Assembly (NCBI GenBank): GCA_041594435.1 | Contig: JBFHME010000004.1 | Location: forward strand, 1-54,441 | DNA length: 54,441 nucleotides | Reading direction: 5' to 3' | Origin: Acidimicrobiales bacterium | GTDB lineage: Bacteria > Actinomycetota > Acidimicrobiia > Acidimicrobiales > SZUA-35 | Shown here: piece after piece, positions 19,860 through 29,399 of the stretch | Numbering within the stretch: the stretch's first letter is position 1 | How the letters are laid out: every line of letters begins with the position of its first letter | Made by a program: the position numbers and the translations under genes | Notes under the pieces: model-generated | Databases searched by the model: none | The model's input: the letters and a program-made list of their open reading frames with translations, nothing else | What the model was told of the DNA's origin: nothing

Positions 19860-20671
19860 GTGAAGGACGGCACCTGCTCGATGTAACGACCTCGGGCCGC
19901 TGGCCTTCACGGGCCGCGCAGGTGCTCGGCGCGGCGGTGAGCGGCGCCATCGAACGGCGGGGTCGGTGCCTGATGGCCATCAGCGGCGGTTCGACTCCGA
20001 CCCCGGTTTTCGCGGAGCTGGCCCGTCTCGATCTCGACTGGCCGAAGGTCACGATCCTGCAGGTCGATGAACGGATCGTGCCGCTCGACAGCTCGTCGCG
20101 CAATCTCATGGTTCAGCGGGGTCTGCTCGGTCACCTCGGATGCAGCTGGCTTCCGCTCCCGGTCGACGATCTGCTGGCGCTGCGGGGCCGACCGCCCACC
20201 GATCAGGATCAGCCCCGGCCGATCACCAGGGAAGCGGCCGATCCCATTCTCGATCGGTTTGCGGCCCGCCTGACCGATCTGGCCGACGATCCGCCGGTCC
20301 TCGACGTCGTTCACCTCGGGCTCGGTTCCGACGGGCACACCGCATCGCTCGTCCCGGGAGACCCGCTGGTCGACGAGCTGAGACGGTACGTGGGTTTGAC
20401 CGGCCTGTACTCGGGATCACCGCCGACGACCACTCAGGCGGTGGCCGCACTCGACAAGGGTGCGATTCGCCCGACGACCCAGCGGGTGTCGCTCACCCGA
20501 CCGGTGCTCGATCGCGCCCGGATGGCGCTGTGGCTCGTCAGCGGGGCCGACAAAGCCGACGTGGTACGGCGGCTCATGGAAGGTGACATGTCGATCCCGG
20601 CCGGCCTGGTCCGCTCCGCCCACTCGGTCATCGTTGCCGACACCGACGCGGCGGCGCTGGTCGAGCGGTGA
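19856..20671 (+). CDS. pgl: 6-phosphogluconolactonase
   Basis: SGGSTP, VDER.VP, LGLGSDGHTASL; in the gnd-zwf operon. Confidence 0.9.
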   Translation: MSEGRHLLDVTTSGRWPSRAAQVLGAAVSGAIERRGRCLMAISGGSTPTPVFAELARLDLDWPKVTILQVDERIVPLDSSSRNLMVQRGLLGHLGCSWLPLPVDDLLALRGRPPTDQDQPRPITREAADPILDRFAARLTDLADDPPVLDVVHLGLGSDGHTASLVPGDPLVDELRRYVGLTGLYSGSPPTTTQAVAALDKGAIRPTTQRVSLTRPVLDRARMALWLVSGADKADVVRRLMEGDMSIPAGLVRSAHSVIVADTDAAALVER

Positions 20672-20707
20672 TCGGTCGACGGGTCCCGGACGGTGCAGCG
20701 CCGACCG

Positions 20708-21688
20708 TCAGCGGTCGGCGAATCGGATCCGGCTGATCACCGGACGATGGTCGCTGCCGACGGGGTCGCCGATCTCGGTGCTGAGGACCTCGAAGTGATC
20801 GGTGACGAGGACATGATCGAGGCGCATCACCGGAGCGGGAAGGCGTCGTGACGACCAGGTGAAGTCGGGGCCGCAGCCCTTGTCGTCGTGGACATCGGTC
20901 CACCCCTGATCGAGCAGCAGACGGAAGGGCCGGTGATCCTCGGTCGCATTGAAATCGCCGCCCATCACGATCGGCTCATCGTTGCGGAGGCCACGTAGCC
21001 CGTCGTACTGTTCATGCCAGCGGGCGATCCTCCAGTGCGAGGTCGGTGAGACGACGTGCACGCTCGCCACCGTGAATCGTCCCAACGGACTGTCGACCGC
21101 CGCCTCGACGGAGTAGTCGGCGGTCAGCGCGCCGTGGCGGACATCCGACAGCGGCCACCTGCTCCAGACCACGGCTCCCTCGACGGAGTCGGGGAGGTTG
21201 TTGGTCCGATGGGACCATGGATCCAGGTGCGTCAGCGCGGCCAGCGCCTCCATCAAGTCGTTGCTGGTCTCCTGAAGGAGTAGCAGATCGGGATCGGCAT
21301 CGACGATGGTGGCGGCGATGGCATCGGCCCGGCCTCCCCCCACCATCACGTTGGCGGTCATGATGGTGATGGCGTCGTCTCCGGTCGACGGCCGGCACCC
21401 GATGACGGCGTCGAATGGCGCGATCGTGAACAGGCAGGCGGCGGTGACCGCGGCGGCGGCAATCCGGAGCGTGCGGCTGCGGCTGAACCAGGCGACGATG
21501 TCGGCCGCCACGAGTGGGGCCAGGAGGAATGGCGTCAACCCGACCAGGGCCACCACGGACACGTCGTTGACATCACGCCAGCGAAGCACGAGGACCGCCA
21601 CGATCCCGAGCAGGAGCGGCCACCCCAGCGCCATGAGAACGTAGTGATGGGCTCGACGGGACGACCGTGGCCGCCGGTTGCCGTTCAC
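20708..21688 (-). CDS. Membrane-anchored endonuclease/exonuclease/phosphatase (EEP) family protein
   Basis: N-terminal TMs, TANV, LQE, GDFNA, LDHVL, GSDH. Start either 21688 or 21634. Confidence 0.85.
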   Translation of the reverse strand: MNGNRRPRSSRRAHHYVLMALGWPLLLGIVAVLVLRWRDVNDVSVVALVGLTPFLLAPLVAADIVAWFSRSRTLRIAAAAVTAACLFTIAPFDAVIGCRPSTGDDAITIMTANVMVGGGRADAIAATIVDADPDLLLLQETSNDLMEALAALTHLDPWSHRTNNLPDSVEGAVVWSRWPLSDVRHGALTADYSVEAAVDSPLGRFTVASVHVVSPTSHWRIARWHEQYDGLRGLRNDEPIVMGGDFNATEDHRPFRLLLDQGWTDVHDDKGCGPDFTWSSRRLPAPVMRLDHVLVTDHFEVLSTEIGDPVGSDHRPVISRIRFADR

Positions 21689-21909
21689 GGCCGGGACCTC
21701 GCCGGTCGTTGGCGGCACCCGAGGTGCCGGAGAGTGGAGCGTATCGATGATGCACCTCGATGCCGGCGAACCTGACCACGACGCGGTGTCCGAAAGGCCG
21801 AACACGAAACGGTACCCGAACCGCAGGCCCTCCTGCCGTCGGGCGGCCGTGGAATCCTTCCTGCATCGTCGGCACCTCCGCGTCGATCGATAGCTCTACC
21901 CTGGAGTCG

Positions 21910-23319
21910 GTGAAGCGGTATCTGTTGCGCACCTACGGTTGCCAGATGAACGAACACGATTCCGAGCGAATCGCGGGTCTGCTCGAATCCGATGGTTTCG
22001 AGGCCACCGAGTCGCCCGATGAGGCCGACGTCATCGTGCTCAACACGTGCTGCATCCGGGAGAACGCCGACAACAAGCTCTACGGAGCGCTTGGCAATCT
22101 CAAGGCGCTGAAGGATACGAATCCCGATCTTCAGATCATGGTCGGTGGTTGTCTGGCCCAGAAGGACCGGGAACTGATCCAACAGCGGGCCGGCCATGTC
22201 GATGTCGTTTTCGGCACCCACAATGTGCACCGGGCCCTGGACCTGCTCGCCCAGGCCGGGGCCGAAGGTCCGGTCACCGAGATCTGGGAGGAGGCCATGC
22301 AGGGCGAGGATGCGGCCTTTCCCTCGGCGCTTCCCGCTCGACGGGAAACCGACTACGCGGCCTGGCTGACCATCCAGATCGGTTGTGACAACTCCTGCGC
22401 CTTCTGCATCGTCCCCGCCGTACGGGGATCCGAGATCAGCCGCGAGATCGACGACATCGTGGCCGAGGCCGAGTCGATCGCCGCCGACGGTGTGACCGAG
22501 ATCACCTTGCTCGGCCAGAACGTCAACTCCTACGGCCGTGATCTGGCCCTGGCGGCCCGGCGGGCCGGCGACGACGTGAGGGTGCGTCCGATGTTCAGCG
22601 AATTGTTGCGTCGGGTCGGCTCGATTCCCGGTATCCGGCGGGTTCGGTTCACCAGCCCGCACCCGAAGGACATGACGCCGGACGTCTTCGCCGCGATGGC
22701 CGATGTCGACACCGTGGTGCCTCACCTGCACTTTCCTCTCCAGTCCGGCTCCGATCGGATCCTGTCGGCCATGCACCGCGGATACACCGCCGAGCGGTAT
22801 CTGGCCAAGCTGGCGGAGGCGCGGGCCACCGTCGAGGATCTTGCGGTGTCGACCGACATCATCGTCGGCTTTCCCGGCGAGACCGAGGACGATTTCGCCG
22901 CCACGCTGGAACTGGCGGCCACCGCAGAGTTCGACAGCGCATACACCTTCGTGTTCTCGCCCCGCCCTGGCACCGAAGCGGCCGAGATGGCCGATCGGTT
23001 CTGTGACCCGGCCGAGGTGCAGGATCGCTACGCCCGTCTTCGAACCGTGATCGAGCGGTCGGCTCTCGCCCGGTACCGGGCGCGTATCGGCCGGGTCGAG
23101 GAGGTGGTGGTGGAAGGGCCGTCGAAGAAGGATCCGGCGGTCCTCACCGGGCGGACGGTCCACAACAAACTGGTGCACTTCCCGTCGGTGCCCCTCAAAC
23201 CCGGCACCTACGCCACCACACGGGTCACCGACGCGGCGCACCAGTATCTGCTCGGTGAGCTCGTCGAGGTCACCGCTCGACCCCGGCACCGGACCCGGCT
23301 CGCCGTAACCTCGATCTGA
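21910..23319 (+). CDS. miaB: tRNA-i6A37 methylthiotransferase
   Basis: TYGCQMNEHDSE, NTCCIRENA, GCDNSCAFCIVP, LLGQNVNSYG, FTSPHP, TRAM domain. Confidence 0.97.
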   Translation: MKRYLLRTYGCQMNEHDSERIAGLLESDGFEATESPDEADVIVLNTCCIRENADNKLYGALGNLKALKDTNPDLQIMVGGCLAQKDRELIQQRAGHVDVVFGTHNVHRALDLLAQAGAEGPVTEIWEEAMQGEDAAFPSALPARRETDYAAWLTIQIGCDNSCAFCIVPAVRGSEISREIDDIVAEAESIAADGVTEITLLGQNVNSYGRDLALAARRAGDDVRVRPMFSELLRRVGSIPGIRRVRFTSPHPKDMTPDVFAAMADVDTVVPHLHFPLQSGSDRILSAMHRGYTAERYLAKLAEARATVEDLAVSTDIIVGFPGETEDDFAATLELAATAEFDSAYTFVFSPRPGTEAAEMADRFCDPAEVQDRYARLRTVIERSALARYRARIGRVEEVVVEGPSKKDPAVLTGRTVHNKLVHFPSVPLKPGTYATTRVTDAAHQYLLGELVEVTARPRHRTRLAVTSI

Positions 23320-23333
23320 GCGAGGGGGGCGGG

Positions 23334-24227
23334 TCATCCCGTGACCGGAATCGACCCAGCGGCAGCCTGGGACATCATGAAGTCGAGCAGGGTTCGCGCT
23401 GCCGGGCCCACGACGGATCGTTCTCGACGGACGATCACCAACCTGCGGTTCCACACCGGGGCCGACGGCGCCCGTTTGAGCGGAGCCGGTTCCGTCTCGG
23501 CCTGGACGATGGGGAGGACGGCCCAGCCCAGCCCGAGGGCGACCATCCGGCGAAGGACGTCCGGTTGATGGGACTCGGCGGTGACCTCGTAGGTCGCGCC
23601 GGCGGCCCGCAGGCTTCTGGTGACCAGCCGTCGGGTGTAGGAGCTCGCTGGGAATGCGACCCACGGTCCCCAGGTCGACGGGTGGCCGACGGTGGTGTTC
23701 GGCGGGGGGTACACCGCCATCTTCTCGGTCAGGAGAGGCTCGGCGACGATCCCGTCGACCGGTTCGACCGGTTCGACGACGACGGCGGCATCGAGTCTTG
23801 CGGAACGGACCCGTTCCACCAGGACGGCCGATGCGTCGACCGTCAGATGGAGGTCGGCGTCGGGTCGGCTCTGTCGGAAGTGGCTGAGTGATGCGGCGAA
23901 GTGGTGGACGGCCGCCACGTCGATCAATCCGATGGCGACCCGGCCGGTTTCGCCCTTCTGCGCCGATTCGGCCCACTGGGCCAGATCGGAGGTGAGTCCA
24001 ACGATGCGCTGCGCGTAGTCGAGAACCTCGCGGCCGTAGTCGGTCAGGACGCGACTGCGACCCTCCCGTTCGAACAACGGTAGGCCGAGGCGGCGCTCCA
24101 GTTCGGACAGGCCCTGGCTGAGGGCCGACGGGGTAACACCGAGGCTGTGGGCCGCATCGGCGGAACTCGGGGCGTTGGCGGCGGCGACGAGATACTCGAG
24201 GTGCTGGGTCGTCAGCTGAAGGGACAT
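23334..24227 (-). CDS. LysR-family transcriptional regulator
   Basis: AAHSLGVTPSALSQGLSELERRLGLPLFER HTH plus substrate-binding domain; divergent from ino1. Confidence 0.92.
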   Translation of the reverse strand: MSLQLTTQHLEYLVAAANAPSSADAAHSLGVTPSALSQGLSELERRLGLPLFEREGRSRVLTDYGREVLDYAQRIVGLTSDLAQWAESAQKGETGRVAIGLIDVAAVHHFAASLSHFRQSRPDADLHLTVDASAVLVERVRSARLDAAVVVEPVEPVDGIVAEPLLTEKMAVYPPPNTTVGHPSTWGPWVAFPASSYTRRLVTRSLRAAGATYEVTAESHQPDVLRRMVALGLGWAVLPIVQAETEPAPLKRAPSAPVWNRRLVIVRRERSVVGPAARTLLDFMMSQAAAGSIPVTG

Positions 24228-24277
24228 GACAGAATCGGCCTCTCGTCGGTCGGGATGGTTCACGGGTCGTTACCAGT

Positions 24278-24330
24278 GATTAAGAATCTCTAATTTATCA
24301 GTCCATAGGATTTAGGCAAGCTTTAGTGTT
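24278..24330. promoter_or_regulatory. AT-rich LysR operator / ino1 promoter
   Basis: ATTAAGAATCTCTAAT contains T-N11-A; -10 TAGTGT at 24324-24329. Confidence 0.55.
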
Positions 24331-24335
24331 GAGGC

Positions 24336-25652
24336 ATGGCGAACTCCTCTGAAAACACGTCTCCGGCCGCCGTCGACAGTTCGGAATCCTCCGACTCGAC
24401 CCGTACCACACCCGCCGTCCGTCCCGCATCGGGACCGCTCGGTGTGCTGACGCCCGGCATGGGTGCAGTGTCCTCGACGTTCATCGCCGGCGTGATGGCC
24501 GCCCGCTCCGGGTACAAGCCGCCCGTCGGCTCGCTCAGCCAGACCGGTCGGTTCGACGACGGTGCCCCGATCCGCCACGCCGTTCCGCTCGCGTCGCTCG
24601 ACGATCTCGTGTTCGGCGGTTGGGACCCGATCTCCCCCAATGCCCTGGAAGCAGCGCGGACCGCCGGAGTGCTCACCGAGTCCGACCTCAACCAGGTGTC
24701 GCGCGAGCTCGAGGGTGTCGTCGCCATGGACGCCGTCTTCGACCAGCGGTGGGTCAAACGTCTCGACGGATCCCGGGTCAAGCCGATCGTCTCGAAGTGG
24801 GATCAGGCTCTCGCGCTCATCGACGACATCGAGAGGTTCAACAGCGCCAACGGCTGCGACCGGTCGGTCATGGTGTGGTGTGGTTCGACCGAGGCCTATC
24901 AGGAACCAAGCGAGGTTCACGAGTCCATCACGTCGTTCGAAGCCGGTCTGAAGACCGACGACGGGAACATCGCCCCGAGCCAGATCTACGCCTACGCCGC
25001 GCTCCAGTCCGACGTTCCGTTCGTCAACGGCGCCCCCAACCTGACCGTCGATCTCCCCTGTATGCGCGAGCTGGCACGGGAGCGCAACGTCCCGATCGCG
25101 GGCAAGGACTTCAAGACGGGCCAAACGTTGATGAAGACCATTGTCGCCCCCGGGCTCAAGGCCCGCATGCTCGGACTGCGGGGCTGGTACTCCACCAACA
25201 TCCTCGGCAACCGCGACGGGGAGGTTCTCGACGATCCGGAGAACTTCAAGACGAAGGAGTCGTCGAAGCTCGGCGTCCTGGAAACCATCCTCCAGCCTGA
25301 GGATCATCCCGAGCTGTACGGCAACGTCGACCACGTCGTACGGATCAACTACTACCCACCCAGGGGTGACAACAAGGAGGGTTGGGACGCCATCGACATC
25401 TTCGGTTGGATGGGGTATCCGATGGAGATCAAGATCGATTTCTCGTGTCGGGATTCCATTCTGGCCGCGCCGCTCGTGCTCGACCTGGCGCTGTTCGCCG
25501 ACCTGGCCGCCCGGGCCGGTGGCGGCGACGTTCAGGACTGGCTCGGCTTCTACTTCAAAGCTCCGCAGACGTCGCATGGCCTCCCGGTCAACGACATCTT
25601 CGCCCAGCTCGACGTGGTCAAGGAGACGCTCGGACACTGGCGTCACGCCTGA
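24336..25652 (+). CDS. ino1: myo-Inositol-1-phosphate synthase
   Basis: GMGAVSSTF, FGGWD, WCGSTE, GKDFKTGQT..K, NILGNRDG, GDNKEGWD, DSILAAPLVLDL. Confidence 0.93.
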   Translation: MANSSENTSPAAVDSSESSDSTRTTPAVRPASGPLGVLTPGMGAVSSTFIAGVMAARSGYKPPVGSLSQTGRFDDGAPIRHAVPLASLDDLVFGGWDPISPNALEAARTAGVLTESDLNQVSRELEGVVAMDAVFDQRWVKRLDGSRVKPIVSKWDQALALIDDIERFNSANGCDRSVMVWCGSTEAYQEPSEVHESITSFEAGLKTDDGNIAPSQIYAYAALQSDVPFVNGAPNLTVDLPCMRELARERNVPIAGKDFKTGQTLMKTIVAPGLKARMLGLRGWYSTNILGNRDGEVLDDPENFKTKESSKLGVLETILQPEDHPELYGNVDHVVRINYYPPRGDNKEGWDAIDIFGWMGYPMEIKIDFSCRDSILAAPLVLDLALFADLAARAGGGDVQDWLGFYFKAPQTSHGLPVNDIFAQLDVVKETLGHWRHA

Positions 25653-25781
25653 AGGCAAACGGCTCTCGATTTGCCTGACCGGGACACTCTTTGAGAGGGT
25701 CTATGGTGCAGCCATCGCGCGACGACGGAGTTGGCGGGCTGTCTTCGTCGGCCGGATCGTCGAATGAGGGAGCCAGTCGAT

Positions 25782-26525
25782 TTGAGATCAGTGCCCAGGA
25801 ACTGGCTATTGGTGCCGAGCCCGTTTCTGGGCCCGTCGAGTTGGCGACCAACCGGGGACGTGCTGGCCGACAAGGGCCAGCACGTTGCCATCGCGAGCAC
25901 CCGCATGACGACACGGGCGGATGCGGACCACGTCGCACCGTGGGTCGAGGAGATCCTCGGTCTCGGGGTCGCCGAGCCCGGCTTGCCGGTGGTCGTTGTC
26001 GGCCACTCGGCCGCAGGGCCGCGCCTGCCGCTGCTGGTCGATCGGCTCCTGGCCCGCGGCGACGACGTCGACGCCATGATCGTGGTCGACGGCCGGTTCC
26101 CCGACGGTCGGGCCTTCACCGAGTCCGAGCCCCGCTACGGCGCGCTCCTCGACGGCCTGCTTCGCCCTGACGACTATCTGCCCCCCTGGCCGCGCTGGTG
26201 GGGCTCGCTGGTCTCCGGCGTCGTCGTCGACGACGTGGCCCGTCACCTCGTGTTGAACGAAGCACCTCCGATACCTAGAAGCTGGTTCGACCAGGGATGC
26301 CCCGTGCCCGACCTGCCACCATCGGTCCACAAGGCGTTCCTGGCCTTCGGGCCCGCCTACGCCGAGGCCCGCGATCAGGCCAAGGCCGCCGGCTGGTTCA
26401 CCCTGACCCTGACCGGCGACCACCTTCACCAGGTGGTGGCGCCCGGGCCGGTGGCGGCGACGCTGCTTGCTATGGTGGCCTGCATGATGGGAGAGTCGGG
26501 AGAACCGCGTGTCCGCTCCGCCTGA
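25782..26525 (+). CDS. Alpha/beta hydrolase-fold protein
   Basis: SPFLGPSSW, VVVGHSAAG elbow, GDHLH. Start uncertain (25764/25782/25791). Confidence 0.75.
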   Translation: MRSVPRNWLLVPSPFLGPSSWRPTGDVLADKGQHVAIASTRMTTRADADHVAPWVEEILGLGVAEPGLPVVVVGHSAAGPRLPLLVDRLLARGDDVDAMIVVDGRFPDGRAFTESEPRYGALLDGLLRPDDYLPPWPRWWGSLVSGVVVDDVARHLVLNEAPPIPRSWFDQGCPVPDLPPSVHKAFLAFGPAYAEARDQAKAAGWFTLTLTGDHLHQVVAPGPVAATLLAMVACMMGESGEPRVRSA

Positions 26526-27525
26526 CGGGGCACTCGACGAATCCCAGCCAACCGAACCTCTGGTCATCGTCGGCCCGACGGCATCGGGAAAGAGTGACCT
26601 GGCCCTCTCGTTGGCCCGGCGGTGGCCGGGCGTCGAGATACTCTCGGCCGATGCCATGGCCGTCTATCGTCGGATGAACATCGGTACGGCCAAGCCGACC
26701 GAGGCCGACCGGGAACTGGTGCCCCATCACGGCATCGACCTGTTCGATCCGAGCGAGGAGGCCACGGTTGCCGCCTACCAGGCTCACGCCCGTCAGGTAC
26801 TCGACGACATGTCACGACGGGCGGTGACCCCGATCATCGTCGGTGGAACCGGGCTCTACATCCGTGCCGTGGTCGACGACTTCCACGTGCCGGGGCGGTA
26901 CCCGACCGTGCTGGCCGAACTCGAGCTCGAGCCCGACACCGAGTTGCTGTGGCGTCGGCTCGCCGAGCTCGACCCGGCGGCCTCGACCAAGATGCTGCCG
27001 TCCAATCGCCGCCGCATACTCCGGGCGTTGGAGGTGACGATCGGCTCCGGTCGACCGTTCTCCGGTCACGGCCCGGGTGTCGATCACTATCCACCGACCT
27101 CGTACCGCCTCGTCGGCCTCGACGTCGATCGAGACGTGATGGATCAGCGGATCGATGCCCGGTACGACCGGCAGATGGCTGCTGGGATGCTGGAGGAGGT
27201 GAAGACCGTTCGTCGCTCGGGGATGTCGAGAACGGCGGCCCAGGCTCTCGGCTACAAGGAGCTCATCGGCCATCTCGACGGGGTGACCGGCCTCGACGAG
27301 GCACTGGAGGAGGCGAAGCGCCGCACCCGAAAATTCGCCCGCCGTCAACAACGCTGGTTCCGTCGGGATCCCCGCATCACCTGGTTCGACGCCGATGCCA
27401 CCGACCTGGTCGATTCGGTGGGCCGGTGGTGGACCCATCGAACCGAGGCGGTTGCAGAGATGATCGGCGATGGTTCCAGCTCCAACGACCGGCAGCGAAT
27501 ATCAATCGAGAAGCTAGGTGGTTGA
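26509..27525 (+). CDS. miaA: tRNA dimethylallyltransferase
   Basis: GPTASGKS, SADAMAVYR.MNIGTAKP, VGGTGLY, RALEV, QALGYKE, ARRQ..WF. Confidence 0.97.
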   Translation: MSAPPDGALDESQPTEPLVIVGPTASGKSDLALSLARRWPGVEILSADAMAVYRRMNIGTAKPTEADRELVPHHGIDLFDPSEEATVAAYQAHARQVLDDMSRRAVTPIIVGGTGLYIRAVVDDFHVPGRYPTVLAELELEPDTELLWRRLAELDPAASTKMLPSNRRRILRALEVTIGSGRPFSGHGPGVDHYPPTSYRLVGLDVDRDVMDQRIDARYDRQMAAGMLEEVKTVRRSGMSRTAAQALGYKELIGHLDGVTGLDEALEEAKRRTRKFARRQQRWFRRDPRITWFDADATDLVDSVGRWWTHRTEAVAEMIGDGSSSNDRQRISIEKLGG

Positions 27526-27562
27526 TCGCGACTCAGCGACGTTCGGCGGCGTCAATCGTGTC

Positions 27563-28510
27563 ATGAATCCGTCGACACCCGAGGAACCGAACACGGACGC
27601 TCAGTGTCCGGTGCCGACCGTCGAACCGTTCGAACCGTTCCCATCACTGTTCGATCACCAACCCGCCGTCGAGAACAGCCGGTTGTGCGCCGAGCCGTCG
27701 CCGCCGTTTCGCTCGCGCGCCGTGCCCATGCCATTCCTCCTCCAGCGGTCCTGGATCGGGGTCGGCGTGTGGCTGGGTGCGATGACGGTGGTGGGCCTCG
27801 CCGCGATCGTGTTCGGCGCGACGGCGGCCGACTTCGCGACCGGGCCCGGGCCGGCCGGCGCCGGCGAGACGGATGAGACGTCGATCGGGTCGAGCTCGGC
27901 CGGCGGTTCCGGAACCCTCGTCGACGGCCATCGAGCGTCCAGGTCCCGTACCGCCGGTGGATCGACCGATGATGCCGCCCCCGCCGGTGCGGACCGCGGA
28001 GAGACGGAACGGACCGTTGGACCCTCCTACGGACGGGACCTCGATCGCGACCTCGACCTCCGGTCGCCCGCGGCCTCGACTGCGTCCACCGGGTCGGTTG
28101 ACGGGGTACCGGCCACGTCGACGGTCGGTTCCGGGCTCGCCACGGGTCGGGAGGCCGCCTCGGTCGATGAATCCTCGGAGCCGGGCCCCGAATCGGCCAC
28201 CTCGACAACAGCGGTGCCGCCGGTCGTCATCCGGCCGCCGATCGATGAGGCACCGACCAGCCGGCCGGGTACCGTCGGTCCAGCTTCGGGTACGCCGGGT
28301 ACTCCGACCGTGCCGACCACGTCGGCGGCTCCGAGACGACCGACCACCCCGATCGGTCCACCGGTCGGGGTGGAACCGCCGACGACCCGCAAGCCGGCCC
28401 CCGGCGACACCCGACCCTCGATCGGTGGCGGGCGAGCCCGCAATGCTCCCTCGTTCGCCGGGAGCGGATCCGGGGCGTCGATCGGCGGACCCGTGGGTCG
28501 TCGGCCGTAG
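27563..28510 (+). CDS. Hypothetical single-TM protein with Ser/Thr/Pro-rich disordered C-terminus
   Basis: Fills the miaA-dapF gap on the same strand; one hydrophobic helix (WIGVGVWLGAMTVVGLAAIVF). Confidence 0.6.
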   Translation: MNPSTPEEPNTDAQCPVPTVEPFEPFPSLFDHQPAVENSRLCAEPSPPFRSRAVPMPFLLQRSWIGVGVWLGAMTVVGLAAIVFGATAADFATGPGPAGAGETDETSIGSSSAGGSGTLVDGHRASRSRTAGGSTDDAAPAGADRGETERTVGPSYGRDLDRDLDLRSPAASTASTGSVDGVPATSTVGSGLATGREAASVDESSEPGPESATSTTAVPPVVIRPPIDEAPTSRPGTVGPASGTPGTPTVPTTSAAPRRPTTPIGPPVGVEPPTTRKPAPGDTRPSIGGGRARNAPSFAGSGSGASIGGPVGRRP

Positions 28511-28529
28511 TGGGCCCTACCATGGAGGT

Positions 28530-29399
28530 GTGTTCACGACTCATGGACGGGATGACCTGACGTCGTCCCGCGATGCCGGGCGACCGGCCGGTGCGGTGAC
28601 GTTGACGAAGCACCACGGCCTCGGCAACGACTTTCTTGTCGCGCTCGAACCGGCCCGTGAGCTGACGTCGGCCGACGCAAAGGGGTGGTGCGACCGTCGG
28701 ACCGGCATCGGTGCCGACGGCCTGATCCAGGCACGGCGGAATGTCGAGGGCGACGACGGTCGCTGGACGATGAAGCTGTGGAACGCCGACGGTGGTCGAG
28801 CCGAGATCAGCGGCAACGGGATTCGGTGCGTGGGTCATGCGATCGGTCTCCTCACCGCCGTCGACGGCGAACGAACCATCACCGTTGCCACCGATGCCGG
28901 CGACCGGCAACTGACGCTGCACCCGCAGCCGGGGGACACCTGGCTGGTCCGGGTCGGAATGGGCCCGGCCACGGAGGGTCCGCCACCGAGCACTGCGTGG
29001 GCCCACGCCGGTCTCGCCGTGACCGTCCAACAGGGTGTCGACATCGGCAATCCGCACCTCGTGGCGGTGCTGGACGACGACGCAGTGTTCGACGAGGTCG
29101 ACATGGCCACGGTCGGTCCGGTCATCGAGGCCGACTATGCCGAAGGGATCAACGTCCACCTCATCCGCATCGCGGATCACGACCGGATCGATCTCAAAGT
29201 GTGGGAGCGAGGTGTCGGAGTGACCAGGGCCTGCGGATCGGGGGCCTGTGCCGCCGCGTGGGCCGCTCACCGCAGGGGACTCGTCGGCACTGAAATCACC
29301 GTGACCATGCCGGGAGGCTCGGCTACGGTGGAACTCACCGGAACCGAGGTCGTTCTGATCGGTCCGGCCACCTACGTCGGGAGCATTCTTCTTGGGTAA
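28530..29399 (+). CDS. dapF: Diaminopimelate epimerase
   Basis: KHHGLGNDF, GIGADG, NADG..AEISGNG.RC, GNPH, WERGVGVTRACGSG. Confidence 0.93.
   Translation: MFTTHGRDDLTSSRDAGRPAGAVTLTKHHGLGNDFLVALEPARELTSADAKGWCDRRTGIGADGLIQARRNVEGDDGRWTMKLWNADGGRAEISGNGIRCVGHAIGLLTAVDGERTITVATDAGDRQLTLHPQPGDTWLVRVGMGPATEGPPPSTAWAHAGLAVTVQQGVDIGNPHLVAVLDDDAVFDEVDMATVGPVIEADYAEGINVHLIRIADHDRIDLKVWERGVGVTRACGSGACAAAWAAHRRGLVGTEITVTMPGGSATVELTGTEVVLIGPATYVGSILLG

Noticed and set aside
21685-23976. 763-aa minus-strand ORF and other long antisense ORFs (e.g. 41162-42877, 17447-19132, 15477-17105)
   Set aside because: Shadow frames of well-supported genes, expected in high-GC DNA, with no recognisable motifs.
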